DNA from: an uncultured Clostridia bacterium
GTDB taxonomy: Bacteria; Bacillota; Clostridia; TANB77; CAG-508
Direction: 5' to 3'
Assembly (NCBI GenBank): GCA_947624195.1
Contig: CANQJH010000003.1
Span: forward strand, 7,369-71,368
DNA: 64,000 nt
Both the position numbers and the translations under genes were made by a program. Positions 1 through 11,312 of the stretch are shown piece by piece; position 1 is the first letter of the stretch, and every line of letters begins with the position of its first letter. A model generated the notes under the pieces. That model was not told the DNA's origin. It did no database searches and saw nothing but the letters and a program-made list of their open reading frames with translations.

Positions 1-377
1 ATTCCACCAACTATTCCAGCTAACCCAGAAGATACTAGCATTATTATAGTTTTGATGTTTATACTAAAACCAGTTATTGTAATGCTTGATATTAAATATA
101 TCACAACCATGTAAATTAGTCCAACTAATAACCCATTTAAAAGTCCATTTTTCTTTATATTCATTGAACTTAAAATACTTCCTATTAGAATACTTAAAGC
201 TGAGATAATTATAATTGCTCCTGGTATAACACTTTCTGATACATTTGTGTATGTTAGAATAACTGCTGTTATTAATAGCAATATTAATGAGATTAATACA
301 GAAATTATACTCCCTTTTGTTATTTTTAGTAGATTACTAAATCTAGTATTTCCTTCTGATTTTTTTGCATTGTCCAT
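1..377 (-). CDS. TIGR04086-like small membrane protein (runs off left edge)
   Basis: Hand translation from ATG at 377 (RBS AGGTGGAG): MDNAKK...ILTYTNVSESVIPGAIIIISALSILIGS...KKNGLLNGLLVGLIY; hydrophobic; usual neighbour of yajC in Clostridia. Confidence 0.75.
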   Translation of the reverse strand, partial: MDNAKKSEGNTRFSNLLKITKGSIISVLISLILLLITAVILTYTNVSESVIPGAIIIISALSILIGSILSSMNIKKNGLLNGLLVGLIYMVVIYLISSITITGFSINIKTIIMLVSSGLAGIVGG

Positions 378-436
378 ATGCACTCCACCTTTCATATTTA
401 TTCTTGCTTAAATATATGTGAAGTGCCTATATTTTA

Positions 437-715
437 TTACTCTACTCCTCTATCATCTAATCCAGCCACTGCCCATTTTTCAATTGATATTTTTACTTTG
501 TCTGGATACGTTTTTAATATAATTCTGTCTTCCTCTATTTTTTCTATTGTTCCAGATAGTCCTGAATATGTAATTACTTTATCACCTTTTTTTAAGTTGT
601 CTTGCAATTTTTTTAACTCTCTATCTTGCTTTTTTCTTTGAGATAAAGACATGTAATATATTAATAAAATGATTAATATTAATACTACGGTTGTGCAAAT
701 TCTTTCTATATCCAT
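437..715 (-). CDS. yajC: Preprotein translocase subunit YajC
   Basis: N-terminal TM helix, QRKKQ, LKKGDKVITYSGLSGTI motif; downstream of tgt. Confidence 0.9.
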   Translation of the reverse strand: MDIERICTTVVLILIILLIYYMSLSQRKKQDRELKKLQDNLKKGDKVITYSGLSGTIEKIEEDRIILKTYPDKVKISIEKWAVAGLDDRGVE

Positions 716-730
716 TTTTATTCCTCTTCT

Positions 731-2134
731 TTAATTTTGTTCATTCCACCATTCAACTATGTTGTATTCTTGTTCTCCCACTGTCATATAATATCTTGTT
801 ACTTCTTCAGTCGTTGTTGAGTATACAGAATCCAATACTGTATTTACCATAAGATCCCCTGTCGATGAGTTGATAATTCCATATTTTTTTACTTTAGAAT
901 GTTGTTGTGAATCATTTTCACTATCAACTTCAACAACAATTCCATTAATATCTGGAACTACTACTATGCCATATGTATTTCTTGCTTGAGTATTTTGAAC
1001 TTCCATACAGCCTATACCATCATATTGTACTGGCAAAACAGTATCTCCGTTTTTGTTAATTAATCCCCATTTATCATTAAGTTTAACTGGTATACAATTT
1101 CCTAATAATAAATATCTATTTGTTATACTTGGATCTTCGTATGAGTTTAGATCTAATCCAATACTGTCATAATCTTGATGAACAATTATTTTTCCATTTA
1201 TATTTATTACACTTTGTTTATTAGCATTTGAAACTAAATACAATCCTACACTTCTATCTATTACATCTATTGTATCATAATCAGGCCTTACTTTTGTAAT
1301 TCCATCACTACCTATTATTCCAACTTTGTTTTCTTCTGTTGTGACTATAAAATCATCTGACCCTTCCATATATTCAACTTTTGAATATCTTGGAGTGATA
1401 ACAGTAGTTAGCCCGCCTGAATTACTTAATAACCCTACTCCATAAAGAAGTGTATTTGTATCTTGAATGACTATTAAACTTTTAAGCAGTGCCTTTGAAT
1501 TATTAAACTTTACGTTATCATCAAATGTTGATTTATCTATTGATGCATTGCTAATTTGTTTTTCATAATATGTAGTTAAATATGGAAGTGTTGCTATATT
1601 GACAGTATTACTTTGTCCATCATAATTAATTGCTAGATTAAATGCTCTTTCTAATCCCTGTTCATTGATATACAATTTTTCTCCCTGCATTAGAACTTCC
1701 TCATCTATTTCAAATGTCTGAGGTAAGTCACTTGTGTCTGTTGTATATTTTACTAATTCGCTAGATCCTGATGTAAAAGAAACTATCTCTTTCGAGTTGT
1801 TTACATAACACTTGCTTCTATCTTCAGTATATTGTCTATAACCTCCTCTGTAGAAATTATATCCTACAAAACTGCATATATCTTCTATTGATGTATAAAC
1901 TTGTCCATCTTGTTGAATTAGAAACATCGCTTCATCATTACTAGCTTTGCTATTCTGCATCCCATCAATTACAACTTTAAAAGCGTGTTCCTTTAAATTT
2001 TGGCTATACATCCATACTAATACTGCAGATATTATTAATACAACAATTAATACAAAAACAAGTATTAGAGCTACTTTTATTTTAGTATTATCACTTTTTT
2101 TAGTTTGTATAGGATTTTCTGGCATTAGGTCCAT
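731..2134 (-). CDS. Membrane-anchored WG-repeat protein
   Basis: N-terminal TM anchor; repeats such as KWGLINKNGDTVLPVQYDGI and KVGIIGSDGITKVRPDYD. Confidence 0.7.
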   Translation of the reverse strand: MDLMPENPIQTKKSDNTKIKVALILVFVLIVVLIISAVLVWMYSQNLKEHAFKVVIDGMQNSKASNDEAMFLIQQDGQVYTSIEDICSFVGYNFYRGGYRQYTEDRSKCYVNNSKEIVSFTSGSSELVKYTTDTSDLPQTFEIDEEVLMQGEKLYINEQGLERAFNLAINYDGQSNTVNIATLPYLTTYYEKQISNASIDKSTFDDNVKFNNSKALLKSLIVIQDTNTLLYGVGLLSNSGGLTTVITPRYSKVEYMEGSDDFIVTTEENKVGIIGSDGITKVRPDYDTIDVIDRSVGLYLVSNANKQSVININGKIIVHQDYDSIGLDLNSYEDPSITNRYLLLGNCIPVKLNDKWGLINKNGDTVLPVQYDGIGCMEVQNTQARNTYGIVVVPDINGIVVEVDSENDSQQHSKVKKYGIINSSTGDLMVNTVLDSVYSTTTEEVTRYYMTVGEQEYNIVEWWNEQN

Positions 2135-2136
2135 AT

Positions 2137-3279
<1,143 letters not shown>

Positions 3280-3336
3280 TTACATTACTTGTCAGTCATT
3301 GCTCTTTTATAGCTTGTTGTTTTTTGTTGCATTTCT

Positions 3337-4359
3337 CTACTTAATTAACATCGCATCTCCAAAGCTAAAAAATCTATATTTTTCTTCAACAGCATGTTTA
3401 TATGCAGAAAGTATAAAATCCCTATCAGCAAAAGCTGAAACTAGCATCAATAGTGTAGACTCTGGTAAGTGAAAATTGGTTATAAGTGCATCTATGCATT
3501 TAAACTTGTAACCCGGATAAATAAAAATTCCAGTATCTCCTTCTATTTCTTTTACTAGTCCATTTTCATCTGCAACTGACTCTAATGTTCTACAAGATGT
3601 AGTACCAACTGCGATTATTCTTTTTCCAGTAAGTTTAGCTTTATTTATTTTATCAGCATCTTCCTGCTTTATATAATAGTGTTCTGTATGCATATGATGA
3701 TCTTCTATATTTTTTTCTTTTACAGGTCTAAAGGTTCCGATTCCAACATGAAGTGTTACATTTGCTATTTCAATGCCTTTTTCTTTTATTTTTTCTAGTA
3801 GCTCATTTGTAAAATGAAGTCCAGCTGTTGGCGCAGCTGCTGACCCAGCATATTTTGCATAAACTGTTTGATATCTGTTCTTTTCTTTTAATGTTTCGTG
3901 TATGTATGGTGGAAGTGGCATAAGTCCAATTTTATCAAGTATTTCATTAAATATTCCATCATAATGAAATTTTACTTTTCTTGTTCCACCTTCTAAAGTT
4001 TCTATAATTTCTGCTTTTAATAATCCATCACCAAATATTACTTTTGCACCTTCGTGAAGTTTGTTTCCTGGTCTTACCATAGTCTCCCAAATGTCACCCT
4101 CTATGTTATGTAGTAACACAAATTCAACATTGGCACCTGTCTCTTTTTTTCCATAAAGTCTAGCTGGAATAACCTTTGTATTATTTCTTACTAGGCAGTC
4201 TCCTGGCTCTAGATAGTCAATTATGTTTTTGAAAATTTTATCTTCATAAGTTTTGCTTTTCCTATCTAGAACTAACAGTCTAGATTCATCTCTATTTTTT
4301 ATTGGCACTTGTGCTATTAGTTCTTCTGGTAGTTCATAATTAAATTCGCTTAGTTCCAT
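3337..4359 (-). CDS. queA: S-adenosylmethionine:tRNA ribosyltransferase-isomerase
   Basis: [40 protein letters not shown]; start moved to ATG 4359 behind a GAAGGA RBS. Confidence 0.97.
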   Translation of the reverse strand: MELSEFNYELPEELIAQVPIKNRDESRLLVLDRKSKTYEDKIFKNIIDYLEPGDCLVRNNTKVIPARLYGKKETGANVEFVLLHNIEGDIWETMVRPGNKLHEGAKVIFGDGLLKAEIIETLEGGTRKVKFHYDGIFNEILDKIGLMPLPPYIHETLKEKNRYQTVYAKYAGSAAAPTAGLHFTNELLEKIKEKGIEIANVTLHVGIGTFRPVKEKNIEDHHMHTEHYYIKQEDADKINKAKLTGKRIIAVGTTSCRTLESVADENGLVKEIEGDTGIFIYPGYKFKCIDALITNFHLPESTLLMLVSAFADRDFILSAYKHAVEEKYRFFSFGDAMLIK

Positions 4360-4404
4360 TTTTATTCCTTCTTTTATAATCTTAGCTTTTAAAAACACTA
4401 TAAT

Positions 4405-4433
4405 ATTTTACCAAAAAATTCGTTTATTTTCAA
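4405..4433 (-). promoter_or_regulatory. SigA-type promoter of queA-tgt operon
   Basis: TTGAAA-17 nt-TAAAAT with extended -10 TG. Confidence 0.6.
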
Positions 4434-4445
4434 GGCTTTTTAGTC

Positions 4446-4485
4446 AAAAAAAGACAGGTAGTTACCCGTACTACCTGCTTTTTTT
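4446..4485. terminator. Intrinsic terminator downstream of ileS
   Basis: CAGGTAG/CTACCTG stem flanked by A and T runs. Confidence 0.75.
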
Positions 4486-4544
4486 GTATAAGTAAAACTT
4501 ATACAGAAATGTTTTTTTGACTTCTTTCGAACTAATCTAAATTA

Positions 4545-4573
4545 AGCTTACCATATTATTTTCATCTTGTCAA
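4545..4573 (-). promoter_or_regulatory. SigA-type promoter just after ileS stop
   Basis: TTGACA-17 nt-TAAGCT with TG extension. Confidence 0.5.
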
Positions 4574-4595
4574 TACTTTTTACAAATTTTTCTAA

Positions 4596-7358
4596 TTATT
4601 TAGAAAGAACTTTTCTGCATCTTGGGCAAAGTCCATCTTCTGTATGTTCGTCAAACATCCAGCATCTTTCGCACTTTTCGCCATTAGCATGTTCAACCTT
4701 TACTCCAAGTTTTACTTCAAGCTTTCTACTGTTTTCTTCTATTTTTAATCCTGATACAATTAGAACTGTTTTTATTAAATCTTCATTTTCTTTTAAGAAT
4801 TTTAACTCTTCACCTTCTGCATAAATTGTAACTTTTGCGTCTAAAGAGTTGCCTATTACCTTTTCTGCTCTAGCTAGTTCCAATTCTTTTGCAACAATAT
4901 CTTTTACTTTTATGATTTCTTCCCATTTTTTTGATAATTCTTCATTATCCCACTGCTCGTTTGGAGCAGGATAGCTTGTAAGCATTGGGCTTTCTACATC
5001 CTCTTCCTTCGTATGCTGCATAGCTTTCCATATTTCCTCAGCCGTAAATGAAGTCATTGGTGTCAATATTTTTACTAAACTATTTAAAATATAATACATC
5101 GTTGTTTGTGCTGCTCTTCTTGCCAAAGAATCTGCCTTTTCTGTATATAGTCTGTCTTTTATAATATCCAAATAGAAACTACTCATATCAACTACACAGA
5201 ATTGATTTATGTCATGATAGCAATTACCAAATTCGTAATTGTCATAATCTTTTATACAATTTCTTATTAATTTATTTAGTCTAGTTAATGCCCATTTATC
5301 AATTTCAAGTAAATCATCATAATCTACAGGATGTTCTGGGTCAAAATCTTGTGTATTGCCAAGCATATATCTTGCTGTATTTCTTATTTTTCTATAAACA
5401 TCTGAAATACCTTTTAATATATCGTCAGATAAGCTTACATCCATTGAATAATCTGCTGAAAGTACCCATAATCTCAAAATGTCAGCACCATATTTGTTAG
5501 ATACATCTATTGGAGACACTCCATTTCCTAAGCTTTTTGACATCTTCTTGCCTTGACCGTCAACAACAAATCCACAGCATAGAACTTCCTTATATGGAGC
5601 TATTCCGTTAGTAGCAACAGACGTAAGAAGTGATGACTGGAACCATCCTCTGTATTGGTCATTTCCTTCTAGATAAAGGTCAGCTGGATAGTCTAATCCT
5701 CTTTCAACTAATACACTTTGATGTGTTGAGCCAGAATCAAACCAAACATCCATAATATCTGTTTCTTTTCTAAATTCAGTACATCCACATTTTGGACATT
5801 TTGCACCTTCTGGAAGTAATTCTTCTGCTGACATATCCCACCAGCAATTTGTACCTTTTTCTTTTACTAACTCTTGAACTTTAGCAATAGATTCTTCGGT
5901 AACATATGGCTCATCACAATCTTTGCAGTAGAATATAGGAAGTGGAACACCCCATGTACGCTGTCTTGAGATGCACCAGTCATTTCTACCTTTTATCATC
6001 TCATACATTCTTTCTTCTCCCCAATATGGGTGCCATTTAACTGTTTTTATTGCTTTTAAGACTTCATCTCTAAATCCATCTATTGAAGCAAACCATTGAG
6101 GTGTAGCTCTAAAGATTATTGGCTTTTTACATCTCCAACAATGTGGATATGAGTGGCTAATTGGTACTTGCTTTAACAAATATCCATTTTCAGCTAACCA
6201 ATTTGTTATTTCTTTATTTGACTTAGCATAGAACATACCTGCAAAAGGACCTGCTCCCTCTGTTTGATGTCCTTTATTGTTTACAACAGAAACCATTTCT
6301 AAGTTATCTTTTATACCTTGTAAATAGTCTTCTTTACCATAGGCAGGAGCTGTATGAACTGCACCAGTTCCTTCAGCTAAATCAACATTTACAGTTGTTT
6401 CACTACCTAATACAACTTTTGATGTTCTGTCCATAAATGGGTGCTTGCATAAAATTCCTTCTAATTCACTCCCCTTAAAAGTAGCTACTGTTTTGTAGGC
6501 TTCTATTTCTGCAAGTTTCATTACTTTTTCTACCAATTCAGTTGCTAAAATTAATTTTTCATTTCCTATATCAACTATACTATATTCAAAATCTGCGCCT
6601 ATAGTTATACCTGTATTTCCTGGAAGTGTCCAAGGAGTTGTTGTCCATATTACAAAATAAGTATCTTTTGTATCAAATAAGCCCTTTGAATCTACTACTG
6701 GAAATTTTACATATATTGATTCACCAGTTACATCTTTATATTCTATCTCAGCCTCTGCTAAAGCTGTTTCACAGTCAGTACACCAGTATACAGGTTTTAG
6801 TCCTTTATAAATATATCCTTTTTTATACATATCTCCAAATACGCCAATCTGCCTTGCTTCCATTTTTGGATCAAATGTTATATATGGATTATCCCAGTCT
6901 GCTAATACTCCAAGGCGTTTAAAGCCTTCTGTTTGAACATCTTTATACTTCTCAGTAAATTCCTTGCAAGTGTCTCTAAATTGAGTTACAGGAATTTTAT
7001 CTCTATCTAATCCTAATTTTTCAATAGCTTTCTTTTCAGTTGGCATTCCGTGTGTATCATATCCTGGAACAAAAGGGCTATAATATCCTTGCATTGATTT
7101 ATATCTTACTATTGTATCTTTTAAAATCTTGTTTAAAGCATGTCCAGCGTGGATTTCTCCATTTGCATATGGAGGTCCATCGTGTAAAACAAAATGTTCA
7201 TGACCTTCATTTTTCTTTAATACCTTTTCATATAAGCCATTTTCAAAAACATCCTTTAATGTCTCTGGCTCTTTTTCAGGTAGATTTCCTCTCATTGGGA
7301 AATCAGTTTTTGGCAAATTTAATGTTTGACTGTAATCTTTCTTTTCTTCATTATTCAT
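4596..7358 (-). CDS. ileS: Isoleucine--tRNA ligase (IleRS1 type)
   Basis: LHDGPPYANG, HAGH, WTTTPWTLP, WCISRQR, KMSKS, C-terminal CERC...CPRC zinc finger. Confidence 0.98.
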   Translation of the reverse strand: MNNEEKKDYSQTLNLPKTDFPMRGNLPEKEPETLKDVFENGLYEKVLKKNEGHEHFVLHDGPPYANGEIHAGHALNKILKDTIVRYKSMQGYYSPFVPGYDTHGMPTEKKAIEKLGLDRDKIPVTQFRDTCKEFTEKYKDVQTEGFKRLGVLADWDNPYITFDPKMEARQIGVFGDMYKKGYIYKGLKPVYWCTDCETALAEAEIEYKDVTGESIYVKFPVVDSKGLFDTKDTYFVIWTTTPWTLPGNTGITIGADFEYSIVDIGNEKLILATELVEKVMKLAEIEAYKTVATFKGSELEGILCKHPFMDRTSKVVLGSETTVNVDLAEGTGAVHTAPAYGKEDYLQGIKDNLEMVSVVNNKGHQTEGAGPFAGMFYAKSNKEITNWLAENGYLLKQVPISHSYPHCWRCKKPIIFRATPQWFASIDGFRDEVLKAIKTVKWHPYWGEERMYEMIKGRNDWCISRQRTWGVPLPIFYCKDCDEPYVTEESIAKVQELVKEKGTNCWWDMSAEELLPEGAKCPKCGCTEFRKETDIMDVWFDSGSTHQSVLVERGLDYPADLYLEGNDQYRGWFQSSLLTSVATNGIAPYKEVLCCGFVVDGQGKKMSKSLGNGVSPIDVSNKYGADILRLWVLSADYSMDVSLSDDILKGISDVYRKIRNTARYMLGNTQDFDPEHPVDYDDLLEIDKWALTRLNKLIRNCIKDYDNYEFGNCYHDINQFCVVDMSSFYLDIIKDRLYTEKADSLARRAAQTTMYYILNSLVKILTPMTSFTAEEIWKAMQHTKEEDVESPMLTSYPAPNEQWDNEELSKKWEEIIKVKDIVAKELELARAEKVIGNSLDAKVTIYAEGEELKFLKENEDLIKTVLIVSGLKIEENSRKLEVKLGVKVEHANGEKCERCWMFDEHTEDGLCPRCRKVLSK

Positions 7359-7391
7359 ATTTATTACCTACCCTTCTTCGCTTGACTCATT

Positions 7392-7743
7392 TGGTGGAGA
7401 TGGTGAGAGTCGAACTCACGTCCACTAACCTTTCCACATTACTTTCTCCGAGTGCAGTTTACTTCTATTTATTCTTCTTATCTAAAAAGTAAACAAGATT
7501 GATAAGATATATCCATTTAGGTTACCCACTATCTTAATGGAAAAGATAGTTTCGTTTCCTACTTTGGTCGTCACTTTATCAAAAGCAGTAGGCTCTTAAG
7601 ATAAAGCGTCACTGCGACTAGGCAGCGTATGCTAATTCTCTATTATCAGCTTTTATTTTTATTTGCTTATTTTTTAAGTGGCCTTAAGCTCCACTACTCG
7701 CTTATAATATTTCTGGGTTAATGTCGAAACCATTTACATCCCC
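7392..7743 (-). ncRNA. ssrA: tmRNA, tag peptide (A)ADNRELAYAA
   Basis: 5' GGGGATG pairs with 3' CATCTCC-ACCA (G3:U70); T-arm GTGAG-TTCGACT-CTCAC; tag ORF at 7650-7618 ending YAA-stop. Confidence 0.96.
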
Positions 7744-7759
7744 ATCTACTACATTTTCT

Positions 7760-7788
7760 ATTATACTACAAGCTAGTCAAAATATCAA
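7760..7788 (-). promoter_or_regulatory. SigA promoter of ssrA
   Basis: TTGATA-17 nt-TATAAT. Confidence 0.7.
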
Positions 7789-7801
7789 TCCATATCACAA
7801 T

Positions 7802-8986
7802 CTAAAATCTTATAATTTCGTTATATACATCCATTGCATATTTATCTGTCATACCAGAAATAAAAATTATAATTGATTTGTAATAATCTTGCGCATTATT
7901 TATATCAAAAACTGGAATATTTTTTTGCTCGGGTTCTCTATTCATATTCCAGTATTGTGCAAGCCATTTTTCATATTTAGATATAAATTTAGGATACCAT
8001 TTTTTTATTTTTTGTAAATTATTTATCGTCTTTTCTCCATCAAAGGCATCTTTTAATGTATCAAATATTTCGTTTATTACTAATTCAAAAAATCTATTAG
8101 ATGATTTCATCCTTTTTGAGTTATATATGTTTTCGTAATTGAACCTCTTAATATTATTCATTAATTTTAAAGCACTTTCACTAAATAATAAGCCATTTTC
8201 TATAGAAGAGTTATTGCATATATCTTCTACTAATATATTCATAATTGATGAATTAGTTAATTCTGCTCCAAAAGTATTTTTCAATTCTTTTAAATCACTA
8301 TCTATAATGCCCAAAGCAACGGCATCTTCAATGTCTCTGCCGATATAAGATATTTTATCTGATATTTTTACTACACAACCTTCCCATGTATAAGGTTTAT
8401 ATTGATTTGGATAATTATATTCTTTTAAATTTATAAACTCTTCCCTTGGTTTAATACTGTTTTCATCTATCTCACCACAATGTGAAATAATTCCATCTCT
8501 AGTTGCATAACACAAATTTAAATTTTGCTTATTGCCTTCTCTATCCTTTAAAAGCTCAATATTGTCCGCAATATATAAACCATTCTTTTCGTGCCAAAAT
8601 GGAGTATTTAGATATTGCTGTGAAATTTTTGATAAAATTCTTTCTCCTTGATGTCCAAATGGACTATGACCTATATCATGTCCAATTGATATAGCTCTTG
8701 TCAGTTCAGTATTAAGACCTAAGTGGTTTGCAATTGTATAACTTACCGATTCTACATAATTTACGTGCTCGATTCTTGTGCAAATATGGTCATTTTCAGG
8801 TGAGAAAAAAACTTGACTTTTATGTTTCAGTCTTTTATAAGCATCTGAGTGCAAAATTCTTGTAAAATCTCTTTCAAAGCTTGTCCTCAAATCACTTTGA
8901 TCATTATATAATGCCTTTTCTCTTTTTATCATGTTTTCCCATTTAGGATTATTTTCATTTGCGGCAACACTTTCAAATTTCTTCAT
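7802..8986 (-). CDS. dgt: dGTP triphosphohydrolase-like HD protein
   Basis: FERDFTRILHS...RLKHKSQVF, TRIEH, HDIGHSPFGHQGE, SDKISY...DIED, FISGMTD. Confidence 0.85.
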   Translation of the reverse strand: MKKFESVAANENNPKWENMIKREKALYNDQSDLRTSFERDFTRILHSDAYKRLKHKSQVFFSPENDHICTRIEHVNYVESVSYTIANHLGLNTELTRAISIGHDIGHSPFGHQGERILSKISQQYLNTPFWHEKNGLYIADNIELLKDREGNKQNLNLCYATRDGIISHCGEIDENSIKPREEFINLKEYNYPNQYKPYTWEGCVVKISDKISYIGRDIEDAVALGIIDSDLKELKNTFGAELTNSSIMNILVEDICNNSSIENGLLFSESALKLMNNIKRFNYENIYNSKRMKSSNRFFELVINEIFDTLKDAFDGEKTINNLQKIKKWYPKFISKYEKWLAQYWNMNREPEQKNIPVFDINNAQDYYKSIIIFISGMTDKYAMDVYNEIIRF

Positions 8987-9005
8987 ATTTTACTTCCTTA
9001 TTATT

Positions 9006-9476
9006 TTATTGATTATCCTTTTTAACTTCATCTTTTGATTTTTTATTTTTCTTATCTTTAAATACAAATAATTTACTTAAAACATAATTACTAATAATAA
9101 CAAGCGCTTGAGTAACTATTGTCCAAATTACAACCCACATATCACTATTTAATCCAAGAGCAGTTACAAAAATATACATAAGTATCATTTCTAATCCTAA
9201 AGTTGCAATTCTTGCACTAAAAAACTTAGCTATTTCTAATAATACACCATCAGTTTTACTTCTAAAAACCCATATACGATTCGTTATATAAGCAAATATA
9301 CATGCTACTACCCAAGATATTACAACAGATATTTGTAATTGGATTGCATTACTTGCATCTAATACAGTAAATAACAAAAGATATTTTGTTCCTAAATTTA
9401 CAATCGTTGTAAGTACTCCAAATATTAGATACATAATTACTTCTCTACTTAAAAACTTTTTTAATAATTTTTCCAT
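9006..9476 (-). CDS. GtrA family membrane protein
   Basis: YLIFGVLTTIVN, FAYITNRIWVF, NYVLSKLFVF; four TM helices. Confidence 0.88.
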   Translation of the reverse strand: MEKLLKKFLSREVIMYLIFGVLTTIVNLGTKYLLLFTVLDASNAIQLQISVVISWVVACIFAYITNRIWVFRSKTDGVLLEIAKFFSARIATLGLEMILMYIFVTALGLNSDMWVVIWTIVTQALVIISNYVLSKLFVFKDKKNKKSKDEVKKDNQ

Positions 9477-9606
9477 TTTAAATTACCAATATCATATAAT
9501 ATAAATATATTTATTATATGTCTTTTTCCTTTCTTTGATTTTTTATTACTCTTATATAATTTAACATAAAATTTTATATTTATCAATACAAAATATTTAA
9601 ATATAC

Positions 9607-9635
9607 TTGCACAAAACTAAAATATGTGTTAATAT
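9607..9635 (+). promoter_or_regulatory. SigA promoter of tRNA-Trp
   Basis: TTGCAC-17 nt-TAATAT with TG extension. Confidence 0.55.
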
Positions 9636-9652
9636 AATTATTGTAGTTAAAT

Positions 9653-9727
9653 AGGGGTATGATGTTAATGGTAGCATTCCGGTCTCCAAAACCGTGCGTG
9701 AGGGTTCGAATCCTTCTACCCCTGCCA
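9653..9727 (+). tRNA. tRNA-Trp (CCA)
   Basis: Acceptor AGGGGTA/TACCCCT, anticodon loop CTCCAAA, T-loop TTCGAAT, encoded CCA. Confidence 0.96.
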
Positions 9728-9739
9728 TTTTAATCAAAT

Positions 9740-9780
9740 ATAACACTATTTTAAATATTTTTAAGATAGTGTTATTTTTT
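9740..9780 (+). terminator. Terminator after tRNA-Trp
   Basis: ATAACACTATT/GATAGTGTTAT stem followed by T run. Confidence 0.7.
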
Positions 9781-9923
9781 ATTGCTCTATTTGTTCTATT
9801 TTTGCATAAACAATGTCGATAATATTATTAAAATTCATATTGTAATCAAATATAATTATTGACTTTGTTGGTAAATTATGTTATTATGATTTTGTTTTGG
9901 AGGACTATATATGAAAGGATAAA

Positions 9924-10517
9924 ATGTTTTCATACTTTGGTAAATTATTTTATGTTTATTTTATAATTGTATTACTCCTGTGTTTTATGTATATTCCCAT
10001 ACTTTATGCACAGAATTCATTTGATGCAAATTATGGTGATGGTGAGGCTATGTATTCAGATATGTTTGCTTGGCCTATACCTGGTTATACTTCCATATCA
10101 TCTTATTTTGGTAGAAGAAATAGCCCTACTGCTGGAGCTTCTAGCTATCACCTTGGTGTTGATATTCCTGCTCCTGAGGGTACATACCTTTATGCCATTG
10201 ATGATGGCTTAGTTACTTTTGCTTCTTGGGGTGCTGGTGGTGGTTATACTATAGTAATTGAACTTTCTAATTATTCTAATATGTCTGTTTCTTACTGCCA
10301 TGTTTCTCCCATTATGTTTGTTGAGCGTGGTGAATCTGTTTCAAAAAAAGAAATCATTGGTACGGTCGGCCCTAGAAATGTTTATGGTATACAAAATAAC
10401 CCTTATAAAGATGAAAATGGTAATCCGACTAATGGCTCTACTACTGGCTCTCATCTCCACTTTGCAATAAAAGAAAATGGTTCTAATGTGGATCCACTAG
10501 ATTTTTATGAAAAATAA
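9924..10517 (+). CDS. M23 family metallopeptidase
   Basis: WPIPG..ISSYFG.R, HLGVD, YCH, STTGSHLHF; N-terminal signal/TM. Confidence 0.9.
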   Translation: MFSYFGKLFYVYFIIVLLLCFMYIPILYAQNSFDANYGDGEAMYSDMFAWPIPGYTSISSYFGRRNSPTAGASSYHLGVDIPAPEGTYLYAIDDGLVTFASWGAGGGYTIVIELSNYSNMSVSYCHVSPIMFVERGESVSKKEIIGTVGPRNVYGIQNNPYKDENGNPTNGSTTGSHLHFAIKENGSNVDPLDFYEK

Positions 10518-10617
10518 AAAAGGCATTGATTTTAATTTCAATACCTTATATATCTTTATTATTATGTCAATCCTATTAATATATTATTGCATTAAACATT
10601 TATACTATCATTTTTAT

Positions 10618-11295
10618 TTACATATCATCTTCGTTTTTATTTTGTTTATTATCTTGCTGTCCTTGACCTGATGTATCTTGCTTCTGTTTTAAGCTATTTG
10701 GTTCTTGCTTCTGATTTGGACTATCTTGTGCTTGATTCGAATTATTGCCTTTGCTTTGTGCTTCTTCATCTTCTGATTCATAAGCTGTTTCTTCTTCTGC
10801 TACCCTGCTTTCCTGTTCATCTGCCATACGATCGTCTTCGTCTTCATCGTATTGATCATGACAACCATTAGCACAGTTCTCACAGCCTGAGCAATCATTC
10901 CAGTCAAGTTCTATTATATTATGGCAATTTGGACACTCTATTTCAAATGAGTTTTTTGAATCTTCACTTATGATAAAATCTTCATCACAATATGGGCATC
11001 TTATTTCGAACTCGTAATCATTATCGTGCATTTGGTCGTGTGGCTCATCATATTCTTCATCATCTTCTATATAAATATCTTCTTCTATATTTTCTATTTT
11101 CCTTTGGATTTTTCTAAGCCTTTTTTCTATCTCTTCTTGCCTTTCTTGCATATCCAATAAACTATTCATTGAGTCTATGAAAGTTGTCATAATTTCAGAG
11201 ATTTCTGATTTTATTTTTTCAAGTTCGTTTTTGTCTTTTATATTCTTTTCTAAATCTTTAATTAAGTCTTTATATAACTCAGTTAAATTTGCCAT
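10618..11295 (-). CDS. CD1247-like acidic Zn-ribbon protein
   Basis: Coiled coil, IEEDIY, CPYC...CPNC, extra Cys cluster; typical position after efp. Confidence 0.7.
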   Translation of the reverse strand: MANLTELYKDLIKDLEKNIKDKNELEKIKSEISEIMTTFIDSMNSLLDMQERQEEIEKRLRKIQRKIENIEEDIYIEDDEEYDEPHDQMHDNDYEFEIRCPYCDEDFIISEDSKNSFEIECPNCHNIIELDWNDCSGCENCANGCHDQYDEDEDDRMADEQESRVAEEETAYESEDEEAQSKGNNSNQAQDSPNQKQEPNSLKQKQDTSGQGQQDNKQNKNEDDM

Positions 11296-11312
11296 AAATT
11301 ATCCTTTCAAAT

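Noticed and set aside
4500-4540. preQ1-I riboswitch upstream of queA-tgt
   Set aside because: GTTCG and an AAAAAAAC tail are present, but the stem is weak and the loop lacks the ligand-pairing cytidines; kept only as an sRNA candidate.
7040-7492. 150-aa plus-strand ORF and a tRNA-like end at 7392-7425
   Set aside because: Antisense to ileS and tmRNA; the tRNA-like arm is the tmRNA 3' end.
9653-9727. UGA-to-Trp reassignment
   Set aside because: TGA ends pth, yqfD and the DUF2974 gene at expected positions, and no conserved gene needs TGA read-through.
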